Part shown: positions 10,105 to 22,328 of the stretch, one piece after another | How the letters are laid out: every line of letters begins with the position of its first letter | Numbering within the stretch: the first letter of the stretch is position 1 | Source: an uncultured Bacteroidales bacterium | GTDB lineage: Bacteria > Bacteroidota > Bacteroidia > Bacteroidales > VadinHA17 | Assembly (NCBI GenBank): GCA_963831935.1 | Contig: CAWHSH010000002.1 | Coordinates: 10,307-74,306 of the forward strand | Reading direction: 5' to 3' | DNA: 64,000 nucleotides | Program-made: the position numbers and the translations under genes | The notes under the pieces: model-generated | The model's database searches: none | Seen by the model: the letters and a program-made list of their open reading frames with translations, nothing else | Told to the model about the DNA's origin: nothing

Positions 10105-11889
10105 TCAGAGCGGGTCCGTTTTTTCCCTGAGCCAGTTTTTTTCTTCCCCTGAGAGGAAAGGACTCAGCTTATCATAGACTTCCTTATGATAAGAATTCAG
10201 CCATTCAATCTCTTCCTGATCAAGTAATGATTTCTCAATCAAAGATTTATCGATATAACATAATGAAATGGTGTCGAACCTGAGGAACTGACCGAATTCA
10301 GTTTCTTCATCCTCGTAGCACAGGATAAGGTTTTCAATCCGTATCCCATATTCACCTTCACGGTAAACAGCCGGTTCATTTGAAATAAGCATCCCCCGTC
10401 CGATAGCTGTCTGATTATTTGCAGGACTTATGCTTTGAGGTCCCTCGTGGACATTCAGGCAGAAACCGACTCCGTGTCCTGTCCCGTGACCGTAATTCAG
10501 GCCTGAATTCCACAACTGCTTCCGTGCCAGAATATCAAGCTGGTACCCACGGGTTCCTGCCGGAAATTTTGCAAGTGCAATATTAATGTGACCCTTCAGA
10601 ACCAGGGTAAAATCCTTCTTCTGTCCATTGGTTGGAATACCCACTGAGATAGTTCTGGTAATATCGGTGGTGCCATCCATATATTGCCCGCCTGAATCAA
10701 CAAGAAGGATCCCGTTATCTGCAATTTCGGAATCAGACCCCTTTTCAGGCGTATAATGAGGCAAAGCTGAGTGTTCATTAAACGCCGTAATAGCAGCAAA
10801 GGAGGCTTCTAAAAAATCTTTCTGCTTTGACCTGTATTCCAGAATTTTATCCGCAAGAAGAATCTCAGTTACGGGCTGGTTGGCTGGTCTGTTTTCAAAC
10901 CAGTAAAAGAACCTTGTCAGGGCTATTCCGTCTTTTATCATTGCTCTCGAGATACACTCAATTTCAGTTTTGTTCTTGACAGCTTTCATCCCCGATGGAA
11001 TACTTATATCTTCAACAATGCTTAATTCTTTTGAGACAGAATTGAACAGTGAAACAGATGTTGTTTCAGGATTAATGAGAATTGATGTATTCTCTTTAAT
11101 GGCAGAAATAATTCCCCTTGTATCCTCATAAGGCAATATGACAATACCCAGCTTATCAAATTCAGCTGCAAGGCTGAAAGGTATCTTATTTTCATTCGCA
11201 AAAAAAAGAACCTGTTTTGGCCCAATTAGTGCAAAACGATATCAGCAAAGGAGTGTATTTCACATCATTGCCCCGGATGTTCAGTAACCACATTATATCA
11301 TCGGGAGAAGTAAGGAGATGGTAGCCGATGTTCCGGTTTTTCATTTGCTCCCGGACCTCTGCAATTTTTTTGGCTCTCTCTTTTCCGGAAAATTCAACAG
11401 GATGATCAAATGCCTGTGAAACCGGCATAACAGGACGATCTGTCCACAGTGAGGTTATGAGATCACAATTACTATTGATCCGTATCCTCCTCAGGTTCAA
11501 TTTCTTTTCAAGTTTTCTAAACTGGCTTATTGAGAAGATCGTCCCATCAAGTCCTATAGTACCATCCGGTTTTATGGATTCTTCAAGAAAGTCTGAATAG
11601 TCGTTGTTCCTGAAAGTTTCGGGTTTAACCAGCCGGAATCCTGAATCCTTTAAGCTGATCATCAGCCTGAATGAAATATCTTGAATCAGTCCATAAACCC
11701 GCAAAAGAATCAGTTATCACGATGGTGGCTGACGATCCGGTAAAGCCGGTCAGCCATTCGATTATCCGCCAGTGATCCGGGATGTTTTCCCCCAGGTGAG
11801 GGTCGGAAGAGGGAATGATATAAGCATCTATGCTGTTCTGATGTAAAGCAGCCCTGAGTAAGGGCAAGCTTTTCAGCAGATTTATTCAT
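10105..11889 (-). CDS. Xaa-Pro aminopeptidase (aminopeptidase P, M24B); several frameshifts
   Basis: DPHLGE..LTGFTGSS..LWTDSRYF N-terminus; DSGGQYMDGTTDITRT, HGTGHGVG..VHEGP, NEPAVY, GIRIEN. Confidence 0.9.
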
Positions 11890-13328
11890 AGGTTTTTTAT
11901 CTCATTTACCAGATTCTGGAGGGTGGATTTTGCATCCCCGAATAACATTCTGGTCTTTTCGTTATAGAATAGCATGTTTTCAATTGCAGCATACCCTTTA
12001 CCCATCCCCCGTTTCATAACAATAATGTTTTTAGCATCGCGGGCTTTGACGACCGGCATACCATATATCGGGCTTGAAGGATCATCTTCGGCAGCGGGAT
12101 TAACAACATCGTTTGCACCAATGACCACAACAACATCCGTATTTGGAAGATCGGGATTAATCTCGTCACTCTCAATCAGTTGTTCATAAGGCACGTCGGC
12201 TTCTGCAAGAAGGACATTCATATGTCCGGGCATCCGTCCTGCCACAGGATGAATCGCATATTTCACCTCCACTCCCTTTTCATCGAGAAGCTTATCGAGC
12301 TCATGGCATATATGCTGAGCCTGGGCAACTGCTAATCCGTAACCCGGAACAATTACCACCTTTTTGGAATAAGCGAGAAGGACTAGCTGCATCGGAAACA
12401 GAGATTTCCTTTACTAGTTCCTTCTCCTCCTCCGACTGTCTGGCCACCACCTCCGAAAACACCCACTATCACATTCAATAAGGAACGGTTCATTGCACGG
12501 CACATCAGAACTGTAAGTATTGTCCCTGCCGAACCCACAAGTATACCGCCGGTAAGCATTGCCTGGTTCTTATAAAGAAATCCTCCCATTGCTGCAGCAA
12601 CCCCGGTAAATGAGTTCAGAAGTGATATTACCACAGGCATATCAGCCCCTCCGATTGGCATTACGAACAGAACACCATAAATTACTGCAACAGCAAACAT
12701 AATGTAAATATATACTGACAGTTCCGCACTGGCCTGAACATGACGTGTCATTATAAAGACTATGAATCCGATCAGCACAGCCAGTATTGTCAGGTTGACA
12801 TATTTCATTGCCTTAATCCTCAGATCACCGATCCAGCCGTCAAGTTTTCCAAATGCTATCATACTTCCTGCCCACGATATAGTACCAATCATCAACCCGA
12901 GCAGGATTGCGAGTACATGACCGTTTGCCATGCCCGACTTTGCGATCAGTTCAGGACTTACATGCGGAAATTCCATCATCGAAATAAGAGCTGCAGCAGC
13001 ACCGCCCATTCCGTTAAAGAATGACACCAGCTGAGGCATTGCAGTCATTTTTACTCTTTTTGCAATTGTCCATCCGATTGCAGTTCCGATAACAATAGCA
13101 ACAAGTATTAAGGGTATATTGCCGATGTGTTCGCCATCTTTTTTGTGAAAAAGAATTGTGGCAACAATTGCAAAACCCATTCCGAATGCAGCAAGGATAT
13201 TACCCCTGCGTGCTGTTAAGCGGATGACTCAGCATTTTCAATCCGAAAACAAAGAGTACGGAGGCAATTATATAAGTAATCTCCAGTATTGAGATCCCAT
13301 ACGGAAATTGAGATATTTCGCTCATCAT
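11886..13328 (-). CDS. pntB: NAD(P) transhydrogenase beta subunit; frameshifts near 13215 and 12400
   Basis: MTAMPQLVS, PIGGADMPVVISLLNS, VPGYGLAVAQAQH, HPVAGRMPGHMNVLLAEA, GANDVVNP. Confidence 0.93.
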
Positions 13329-13358
13329 GCGTTAAATTAATGAGTTAAACCTGGTTGA

Positions 13359-13662
13359 TTACTTTTTCTTTTTGAACATTTCAAGCATCCTGTCGGTTAC
13401 AACAAATCCGCCGACTACATTAAGCGTACCAAGTACAACAGCCAGAAATCCCAGGATCATTGAACCTGTTGTATTCGGCATGTCCCATTACAATTATTGC
13501 TCCAATAATTACTACTCCATGGATTGCATTGGCACCGGACATCAGCGGTGTATGCAGGATGGCCGGAACATGACTGATAACCTCAATACCAAGGAATATT
13601 GAAAGTATTACAATAAATATTGCCTCCCGGTGCTGCAGGAAAAATCCAAGTATTTTTTCCAT
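13359..13662 (-). CDS. pntA: NAD(P) transhydrogenase alpha subunit, membrane part (PntA2); frameshift near 13478
   Basis: LHTPLMSGANAIHG and NVVGGFVVTDRMLEMF motifs. Confidence 0.9.
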
Positions 13663-13668
13663 GGTGTA

Positions 13669-14801
13669 TTATTTAATATTAAGTATCTGCCTGACTCTCT
13701 GGCATATATATTCTTTATTATGGACTGCAGTGGTACCGTTGATTATTTCATCTTCCATATTAAGACCCAGGTTTCCCTCTTTGTCGATCATGATCTTCAG
13801 CAGGTTTATAATATTTGAACCGAACATTTTGCTTGCGTCTGCGGGCATTTCAGACGGAAAATCAGAGTTTCCGATAATTGTAACTCCATTAACAATGATT
13901 GTCTTTTCATTTTGGGTGAGTTCACAGTTACCTCCGGTTGATGCAGCCAGATCAACAATTACTGATCCTGGCTTCATTGACCTGACGGTTTCTTCGGGAA
14001 TAAGCACAGGAGCTTTTTTACCGGGTATCTGTGCAGTGGCTATTATCACATCCGAAACAACTGCACGGCTCTGTATGAGTTCCTGCTGTTTTTTCTTAAA
14101 TTCTTCTGTCTGCTCAACAGCATATCCTCCGGCCGCAGCATCTTCCTTTGCACCTTCAACTTCAATGAATTTCCCTCCAAGACTTTTTACTTCCTCCTTA
14201 ACAGCAGATCTTACATCAAAAACTTCGACAACAGCACCGAGTTTCCTGGCTATGGCTATAGCCTCAAGCCCTGCAACCCCGGCACCAAGTATAAGTACCT
14301 TTGATGGTTTGATCGTTCCGGCAGCCGACATGAACATGGGAAAGAACCTGGCAATGATGAAGCAGCTGCAAGAACAGCTTTATAGCCGGCCACGGTTGCC
14401 ATTGATGAAAGCACATCCATCGACTGTGCCCGTGTTATCCTCGGGATCAGGTCAAGTGCAAGTACCGTGAGGCCATGAACACGTGCCTTTTCCAAGCCAG
14501 TCTCTGTTCTGCAACAGGATTTAGAATCGTGCAAATAACCTGTCCTTCCCTGAAAGAATTAATATCTTCGTTTACAGGAGGATTAATTGATAAGAAGCAA
14601 TGAAGATTCCGAAATAACTCTTTTCCTGTCAGCTACTGATGCACCGGCAGTCTGGTAATCAGTGTCAGAAGCAAAAGCTCTTTCACCGGCACCATGTTCA
14701 ACAATAATATTGACACCCAGCTTTTTAAGAATGGCAACTTCACCCGGAAGCATTGCGACCCTCTTTTCTGCTCCCGATTCTTTTAGAATGCCTGTTGTCA
14801 T
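13669..14801 (-). CDS. pntA: NAD(P) transhydrogenase alpha subunit, soluble dI part (PntA1); multiple frameshifts
   Basis: EKRVAM, PRITRAQSMDVLSSM, GAGVAGL, GGYA, TAQIPGKKAP, VDLAASTGGNC. Confidence 0.9.
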
Positions 14802-14858
14802 TTTAAATTAGTTTGGAGTTTGGCGTTAAAAATTAAACACCAATATAATAACAATAAT

Positions 14859-17029
14859 TTATTCTTTACCAAAGAAATTACTAAGCCAGAACTTATTTGC
14901 TTCATTCCGTGAATGCATTGCCTTTTGCACCTCCCCAGCCATGCCGTTCATCCGGATAAAGCATGAACTGGAATGATTTTCCTTCATCCTCAAGTTTTGA
15001 AATAAGATAAATTGAATTCTGCATATGAACATTATCATCCATATCTCCATGAGTCATATAGAGCTTCCCCTTATAATTCTTTACCCAGGTAAGTGCTGAT
15101 CCGTCTTTATATCCCTCAGGGTTATCCTGAGGAGTATCCATAAACCGTTCGGTATAAATATTATCATACAGACGGTAATCGGTTACAGAAGAACCTGCAA
15201 ATCCATGTGTCCAGTAATCAGCGCCTTTGGTAAGGGCAAGACATGTCATGTATCCGCCGTATGAACTTCCGGTGATACCCATCCTGGTGCCGTCAACATA
15301 AGGTTTGGTCAGAAGCCATTTCACAGCATCTTCATAATCAAGGATTTCCCATTTACCAAGGGAACGGTACAGGTAGTCAAGTCCTTTTTTGCCGAAATGA
15401 CCCGATCCCCTGTGATCGACGGTAAAAGTAATAATGCCGTTCTGTGCATACCACGAAGGATTCTCTCCCTGCCACCTGTTACTCTGATATTCTTTGAATC
15501 AGGTCCTCCGTATATCGTAAAAATAACAGGATACTTCTTCGTTTCATCAAAATTAAGGGGATAAGTGATTATTGCAGGCATATCAAACAAACCATCTGAG
15601 GTTCTGATCTTTAATAATTCAGCTTTTGAATTTTTAGCTGGATTAAATGACGGCTGCTCAAATTTATAGACTCTCCCTTACCTGTTTTCCCTTTTTGTCA
15701 TAAGCAATCATCGATCCGGGAGTTGTTATATTATTCCATGTATCAATAAAATAACTTCCTTTAGGTGAAATACTTACATTATGTGTTCCTGCTCCTTTTG
15801 TTACCTGCAGAAGGTTCTTCCCGTCCAGTCCGACCCTGAAAAAATGATTATCAGTCGATTCAGGTCCCGTGCCCGTAAAATAAACAACTTTTGCATCTTC
15901 GTCAACCCTTTCAATACTATTGACTCTCCAGTTGAACCCGGTAAGCTGTGAAATGAGCTTCCCGTCCCAACCATAATAATAGAGGTTTTCCCAGTCGCTC
16001 CTGTAGCTTTTTAAAATAAATCCGGTGCCATTCTTCATAACGTAAACATTTTCAAAGAATTCGACCCATGTTTTCCTTGACTCATCGTATATATGTCATG
16101 AAATCGCCGGTGGCAGGATCGGCCAGGATGAATTTCATGTCGTTCTGATCGCGGTTAAGCACCTGTATAGCCAGCTTTTTGCTGTCGGGTGTCCAGAACG
16201 GCCATGCTATGTACTGATCAACACTATAATCAGTTTTAACCCAGGTTGTCTTTCCGGTTGAAATATCAGCAATTCCCATTTTAACTTTCGGATTCGGATC
16301 TCCGGACTTTGGATAAGGAACCTGTTCGAGTTTACCATGAATGCCGTCGGCCTCATCAAGACGATTAAGGGTAAATATCGGAACATCCGTTTCATCAGTG
16401 CGCAGGTAGGCTATTTTGCTTCCGTCGGGGGACCACCAGAAAGCCGCATATCTGCTGGCTCTTCCAAGGATCTCTTCCATATAAACCCAGGAGGAATATC
16501 CGTTATAGATCCTGTCGGAGGCATCAAATGTTAATCTTATCTCTTTGTTTTCCTGAATGTTGTAAATATAAAGATCTTTGTTCTTTGTGTAAGCAAGTTT
16601 TTTTCCGTCAGGTGAAAAGCGGGTATTCACCTCCGGTACATCATTGTTTGTTAGTCTGCGGAGTTCTTTGTCTCCGATTGTGAAATAATAAAGATCATTA
16701 TCCTTTACAATGACAATACTCTTCATATCGGGACTTATAACATCGGCAAATCCGATAGATACTCCCTTTGGCAATGATTCGGATAGGATCTCCCTTTCTG
16801 TTTTTTTCGAAGGCACAATTACCTCCCTGCCCGACCTTACATCAACGCTTTTAATGACCGGATTCCTTTGAGCATCAAAAGTTTGAATTAGATAATGAGT
16901 ATCATCCGTCCAGCCGGTTATCCTGACCATGTTACCGCCCCGCTGCGGCATCTGGGAACTTATCCGGCAAGTCAGCCCAAGGGAGAATAATAAAATAATA
17001 ATGAATTTAAGGGAGGTAAATTTTTTCAT
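14859..17029 (-). CDS. Dipeptidyl-peptidase IV family (S9B) peptidase; several frameshifts; alternative in-frame ATG at 17086
   Basis: WVYMEEI..FWWSPDG..YPKSGDPNP propeller motifs; GSSYGG nucleophile, HGDMDDNVH, YPDERHG. Confidence 0.9.
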
Positions 17030-17067
17030 AATTAAATATTTTAGATTAAATAAAAATTTCAGAAAGG

Positions 17068-17179
17068 CAAAAATAACTTTTTTCATCAGTTTATAATTTG
17101 TTTTTAATGGTCAGATGGAATATCCATGAATAATCATTTCGGTTTGTGATTTTATTTTTTAATCATGGATGATTTCATA
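17068..17179 (-). repeat. Leader segment duplicated at 62946-63111; contains an imperfect ~18-bp inverted repeat
   Basis: Minus strand tatgaaatcatccatgattaaaaaataaaatcacaaaccgaaat...ggatattccatctgaccattaaaaacaaattataaactgATGaaaaa aligns by eye with the omp85 leader. Confidence 0.85.
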
Positions 17180-17286
17180 AATGAATGCCCGGGTATTTAT
17201 CATATATAGAAGATCTCCCCGTACAAACCCTGTGCAATGGTTATGAAAAACATTATCTTAGCCTGTTCACTTAAAGATTCTTCTCA

Positions 17287-19814
17287 ATGAAACGTTTTCT
17301 TTTTATAATTTCAGGTATTTTCCTGTATTTAATTAATGTTAATAGCCAGACAATTAAATCACCCGGCGAATTTCTCGGATATGAGCCTGGTACAAGGTTT
17401 ACATTTCACCACGAAGCTGTTGAGTACTTCAGATACGTAGCCGGGATTTCACCGCTGGCGGAATACCGCGAATATGGGACCACTTATGAAGGAAGGGTTC
17501 TTGGGTGTCTGCATCGTTTCAAGCGAAGAAAATCTTGGCAGGACTGGAGGAATACAGGAAGAACAATCTGATAAAGACAGGTCTTTCCGACGGGAATTTC
17601 ACCGGGAAACAGATCCCTTTCATCTGGCTTGCATATAATGTCCATGGAAATGAATCGGCAGGAATGGAAACTGCAATGAAAACTCTTTATACCCTGGTAT
17701 CCGGATCGTATCCAGGTGTCACCGACTGGCTCAGAAATTGTGTAATTGTTATCGATCCATGCCAGAACCCTGACGGCCGTGATCTTTACACCACCAGGTA
17801 CAGGAACTCACAGAACCTGATTGCCAATCCCGATGGGAATTCCTGGGAGCATAACCAGGGTTGGCCCGGAGCAAGAACAAACCATTACATGTTCGATCTT
17901 AACCGCGACTGGACCTGGCAGACACAGTCAGAATCGCAGTCAGAAGATTGATTTATATAATCAGTTTATGCCTCAGGTTTTTGCCGATTTTCATGAAATG
18001 GGAGCTGAATCTACATTCTTTTTTCCTCCCGGTGCAACTCCCTGGCATGAGGTAATAACCCCCTGGCAGCATGAATTTCATAACCTTATGGGGAAAGGAA
18101 ATGCCAGTCTGTTTGATGAAAAATCAAAACTATATTTTACTAAAGAGAACTATGATCTTTTCTGTCCCAGTTTCGGGGATACCTGGCCATTGTTCAATGG
18201 AGCGATAGGTTTTACATATGAACAGGGCGGAAGCGGTTTTTCAGGATTGGCTTATAAAAGAGAGTCAGGTGACACCCTGACACTTAAGCAACGGATTGAC
18301 GGCCATTTCACTGCTGCAATGGCAACATTGAAAGTATCGTATGAAAACAGGGAAAAACTAATAACGGAATTTAATAAATTCTTTAGCGAGAGCACAAATA
18401 AACCAGCATTTCAATACAAGTCGATCATTATAAAAGGATCAAATGCGAAATCTGATCTGGAGGGTCTTTTTGAATTGCTCAATGAAGAACCAGATAAAAT
18501 ACTCCTTTGCAGGAAATATTGGGAAAAAGTACAGGGGATTCGATTATTCTGCGAATGACTGGAATGATGTAACAATTGAAAAGGGTGATGTGCTCATCAG
18601 CGCTTATCAACCCCAGTCGCGACTGGTCCAGGTCTTGTTTGAACCGGATAGCCGGGCCACCGATTCGCTCAGCTATGACCTGACAGCCTGGGCATTGCCT
18701 TACGCTTACAATCTGAAGGCATTCGCCCTTAATGATCAGTTAAAATCCCTTGAAGATAAAGTAGTATCAGAAGAAATTATTAACCCTGCAGTCAAAGAGA
18801 AACCTTATGGTTACGCTGTAAATTATGAAGGTTTCAGGGAATTGAAATTCATTTCGGCGCTGCAAATGAAGAATGTTAAGACGAGATATTCAATGAAGCC
18901 CTTTACAATTGACGGGATCACCTATAACCGGGGCAGTTTTATAATAACCCGTGAGCGATAATATAAATACTGATAAAACTCTTGATCAGCTGCTAACAGA
19001 AATGGCAAATAAATTCCAGGTGAAACTTAATCCTGTTTCTTCCGGACTTGTGGATAAGGGAAAGGACTTTGGATCGGGCTATTCTCCACTAATGAAAAAA
19101 ATGACAGTTGGCTTATTATGCGGAGAAGGAACATCCTCAGGAGCAGCGGGCGAGCTATGGTATTTCTTTGAAAGGGAACTTGAATACCCGGTTTCGCTTA
19201 TAAATACTGCCAATGCAGAAAGCATCGATTTAAATGATTATGATGTTTTGCTGCTTCCATCAGGCACTTATTCAAAACTAAAGGACACTATTGCCTTCTT
19301 CACAAAAAGCGGCGGCAGAGCGGTAACTTTTGAAAATGCAATTTCAGTTTTTGCCTCGGATAAATCGACCTCGCTTTATAAAGCTATTGAGACACGAAAA
19401 GCTGAACAGAAAGCTGCTGAGAAAAAGGAAAAGAGTGATGATCTTTCCAATCTTAAAAAGTTCAGTGATGAAAGAAGGTACATGCTTTCAGAAAGATCCG
19501 CCGGCAGTATTTACAGGGTTAAGGTCGATACTACCAATCCGTTTGGATTCGGTCTTGGTAATGAATGGTTTATGATGAAACGAACTCAGGCGTACCCGTT
19601 TCTCACCAGCGGAAGTAATATCGGATATATACTTGAAAGCAAACCGGTCTCGGGATTCGCAGGTTACAAGTTCCAGAAACAGATTAAGAATACTATGGTA
19701 ATCGGATCGGAAAACTTCGGAAAAGGTGAAGTCATTTACATTACTGATGATCCCTATTACAGGGCATTCTGGAAAAGCGGGAGAGCGCTTCTGTGGAATG
19801 TGGTTTTCAGATAA
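17287..19814 (+). CDS. M14 zinc carboxypeptidase family protein with C-terminal GATase-like domain; several frameshifts
   Basis: Signal peptide; VHGNE, NPDG, RTNHYMFDLNRDW, DFHEM, YEQGG; C-terminal DDPYYRAFW. Confidence 0.85.
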
Positions 19815-19980
19815 ATGATGGCTATCAACCCGCTTCATCAGAAATCTTTCCTGAATGTAAAACAGGTCAGGATTCAAAAGAACCGAGAAATAAAATGATC
19901 GGAATTATTACTGTTTATTGATTAACACATGATATGGTATAGATATCTCGAGAACCATAATTTTGAACCATTCTAAATTA

Positions 19981-20015
19981 TTGTTATTTTATTAACATTG
20001 TTATTTTATTAACAA
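19981..20015. promoter_or_regulatory. Tandem Rex-like operators upstream of the hydrogenase operon
   Basis: TTGTTATTTTATTAACAT (19981-19998) and TTGTTATTTTATTAACAA (19998-20015) versus consensus TTGTTAA-N4-TTAACAA; weaker copy at 19911-19928. Confidence 0.7.
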
Positions 20016-20025
20016 ATATATATAT

Positions 20026-20033
20026 TACTTTTG
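20026..20033 (+). promoter_or_regulatory. Bacteroidota -7 promoter element TAnnTTTG for the hydrogenase operon
   Basis: TACTTTTG about 70 nt upstream of the first ATG, directly after the Rex-like boxes. Confidence 0.65.
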
Positions 20034-20105
20034 TGCCAGAATTTAGGATACCAACAAATAATTTAATAATAATAATATACTTATACACTTGTAAATCAAG
20101 TAAAT

Positions 20106-20494
20106 ATGAAAACAATTAAATCACCTGCCGACCTAAGAAAACTTAAAGGAGGATATTCTATGCCAGAATGTACGGAAAAGAGAGCACTTCAAAAGAAAAA
20201 GTCCGGATCAGGGTACATTCGGGAACCAGCGGACTAGCATCAGGCGCCAAATCAATCCTGGATTTCTTATCACTGGAACTTGAAAAGAGAAATATTGATG
20301 CTGATGTTATCAGAACCGGTGACCTGGGATATTGTTTTGCTGAACCGACAATTGAAGTTACACGTCCCGGTGAAGAACCGGTTGTCTTTGGCAATGTTGA
20401 CAAACTCAAGGCTGATGAGATAATTGAAAAGTACATCAAAAACGGTGAATTTGTTGATGGGATTTTGCCGTTAAATTACCGGACCATAATATAA
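20106..20494 (+). CDS. Thioredoxin-like hydrogenase small subunit (HndB/HydD-like); frameshifted near 20145-20165
   Basis: RIRVHSGTSGLASGAK..TGDLGYCFAEPTIEV..VVFGNV pattern; first gene of the hydrogenase operon. Confidence 0.75.
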
Positions 20495-20515
20495 ATTATC
20501 AGGGGAGGAAGAAAC

Positions 20516-22313
20516 ATGGCAAAAAAGAGAATGCAGTTACTGGTATGCGGAGGAACAGGTTGCAATGACACTTCATGGTGAAGCTATTCTTGACAACCTC
20601 AGGCTTGAACTTGAAGCAAATGCTCTTGAAAATGATATTCAGGTTGTCAAAACCGGGTGTTTTGGCTTGTGCAAGTCTTGGTCCGATTGTTAAAGTCATG
20701 CCTGATGATGTTATTTACACTCATGTTACCCCCGATGATGCAAGGGAGATTGTGGAAGAACATCTAATCAAGGGTCGTAAAGTCGAAAGACTGCTGTTCA
20801 AAGATCCTGTTACGAGAAAAACTTTGTCGGGCTCATCTGATATGTCTGCATATAAAAAACAACTGAGGATTGTCCTTAGAAATTGCGGCATAATTGATCC
20901 TGAAAATATAGAAGAAGCCATTGCTCATGATGCTTATGAAGCGCTGGGTAAGGTACTTACCGGGATGACACCTGAGGAGGCTATCAGAATAATAAAGGAT
21001 TCCGGCCTAAGGGGCAGAGGAGGAGGAGGATTTCCCACAGGTCTGAAATGGGAAATCGCAAGAAAAAACAAATCAGATGAGAAATATGTAGTCTGCAATG
21101 CTGATGAAGGAGATCCCGGTGCATTCATGGACCGGTCGGTTCTCGAAGGAGATCCTCATGCAGTCCTCGAAGCTATGGCAATCTGCGGTTATTGCATTGA
21201 AGCTTCCAAGGGTCTGATATATATACGTGCTGAATATCCACTGGCTGTCGCCAGGTTGAAAACTGCAATCAGACAGGCAAGGGAATATGGACTTCTGGGA
21301 AATAATATAATGGGGACAGGATTCAATTTTGATATTGAAATCAGGTATGGTGCCGGTGCATTTGTCTGCGGTGAGGAAACTGCTCTGATTCATTCAATGG
21401 AAGGTTTACGCGGAGAACCTACCGTTAAACCTCCATTCCCCGCCGAATCGGGATTCAGAGGAAAACCTACAAATGTAAATAATGTCGAAACATTTGCCTG
21501 TATTTCCCCAATAATACTTAAAGGATCAGAATGGTTCAGCAGCATTGGCACGGAAAAATCAAAAGGAACAAAAGTATTTGCCCTGGCAGGAAAGATAAAT
21601 AATGTCGGATTGATCGAAGTTCCGATGGGAACAACACTCAGGGAAGTTATATTTGAGATCGGCGGCGGGATACAGACACGGTAAGAAATTCAAAGCGGCC
21701 CAGACAGGAGGTCCTTCAGGCGGATGTCTTACTGAAAAACATCTTGATACGCCAATCGATTTTGATAACCTTATTGCAGCAGGATCAATGATGGGATCAG
21801 GAGGACTTATCGTAATGGATGAGGATGATTGCATGGTTACGGTTGCAAAATTCTTTCTTGACTTCACCGTGGAAGAATCGTGCGGAAAATGTTCTCCCTG
21901 CCGTATCGGCAACAAACGTCTTCATGAATTGCTTGAACAGATTACAAAAGGAAAGGGTACAATGGCTGACCTTGACCGGCTGAGAAACATGAGTCTATGT
22001 CATTAAAGACACTTCACTCTGCGGTCTGGGCCAGAGTTCACCAAACCCGGTGCTTTCCACCCTCGATAATTTCAGGGAAGAGTATGAGGCACATGTTACT
22101 GTAAAGAAATGTCCGGCCGGTAAGTGCCGCGATCTCATGGAATATTTTATCATATCGGAAAATTGCGTCGGTTGCACAGCTTGTGCCAGGATTTGCCCGG
22201 TAAATGCAATTACCGGAGAACGCAAAGAACCGCACCTTATAAATCCGTCAATCTGCATTAAATGCGGTGCATGCATGGAAAAATGCAAGTTTGACGCGAT
22301 CATAATCCGATAA
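20516..22313 (+). CDS. [FeFe]-hydrogenase NADH/FMN-binding subunit (HndC/HydB, NuoF-like); several frameshifts
   Basis: [59 protein letters not shown], two C-terminal CxxCxxCxxxC. Confidence 0.92.
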
Positions 22314-22328
22314 AAAAGATCACTGAAA

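Noticed and set aside
13661-14470. Long antisense ORFs (269 aa here; also 23300..23914, 39657..40166, 41444..41926)
   Set aside because: Shadow frames of well-supported genes on the other strand, with no recognisable motifs
14823-14840. Weak Rex-like site upstream of pntA1 (gcgttaaaaattaaacac)
   Set aside because: Four mismatches in AT-rich DNA; not distinguishable from chance
17115-17178. Invertible promoter flanked by inverted repeats
   Set aside because: The repeats are imperfect, the ~28-nt interior has no TAnnTTTG in either orientation, and no recombinase is nearby
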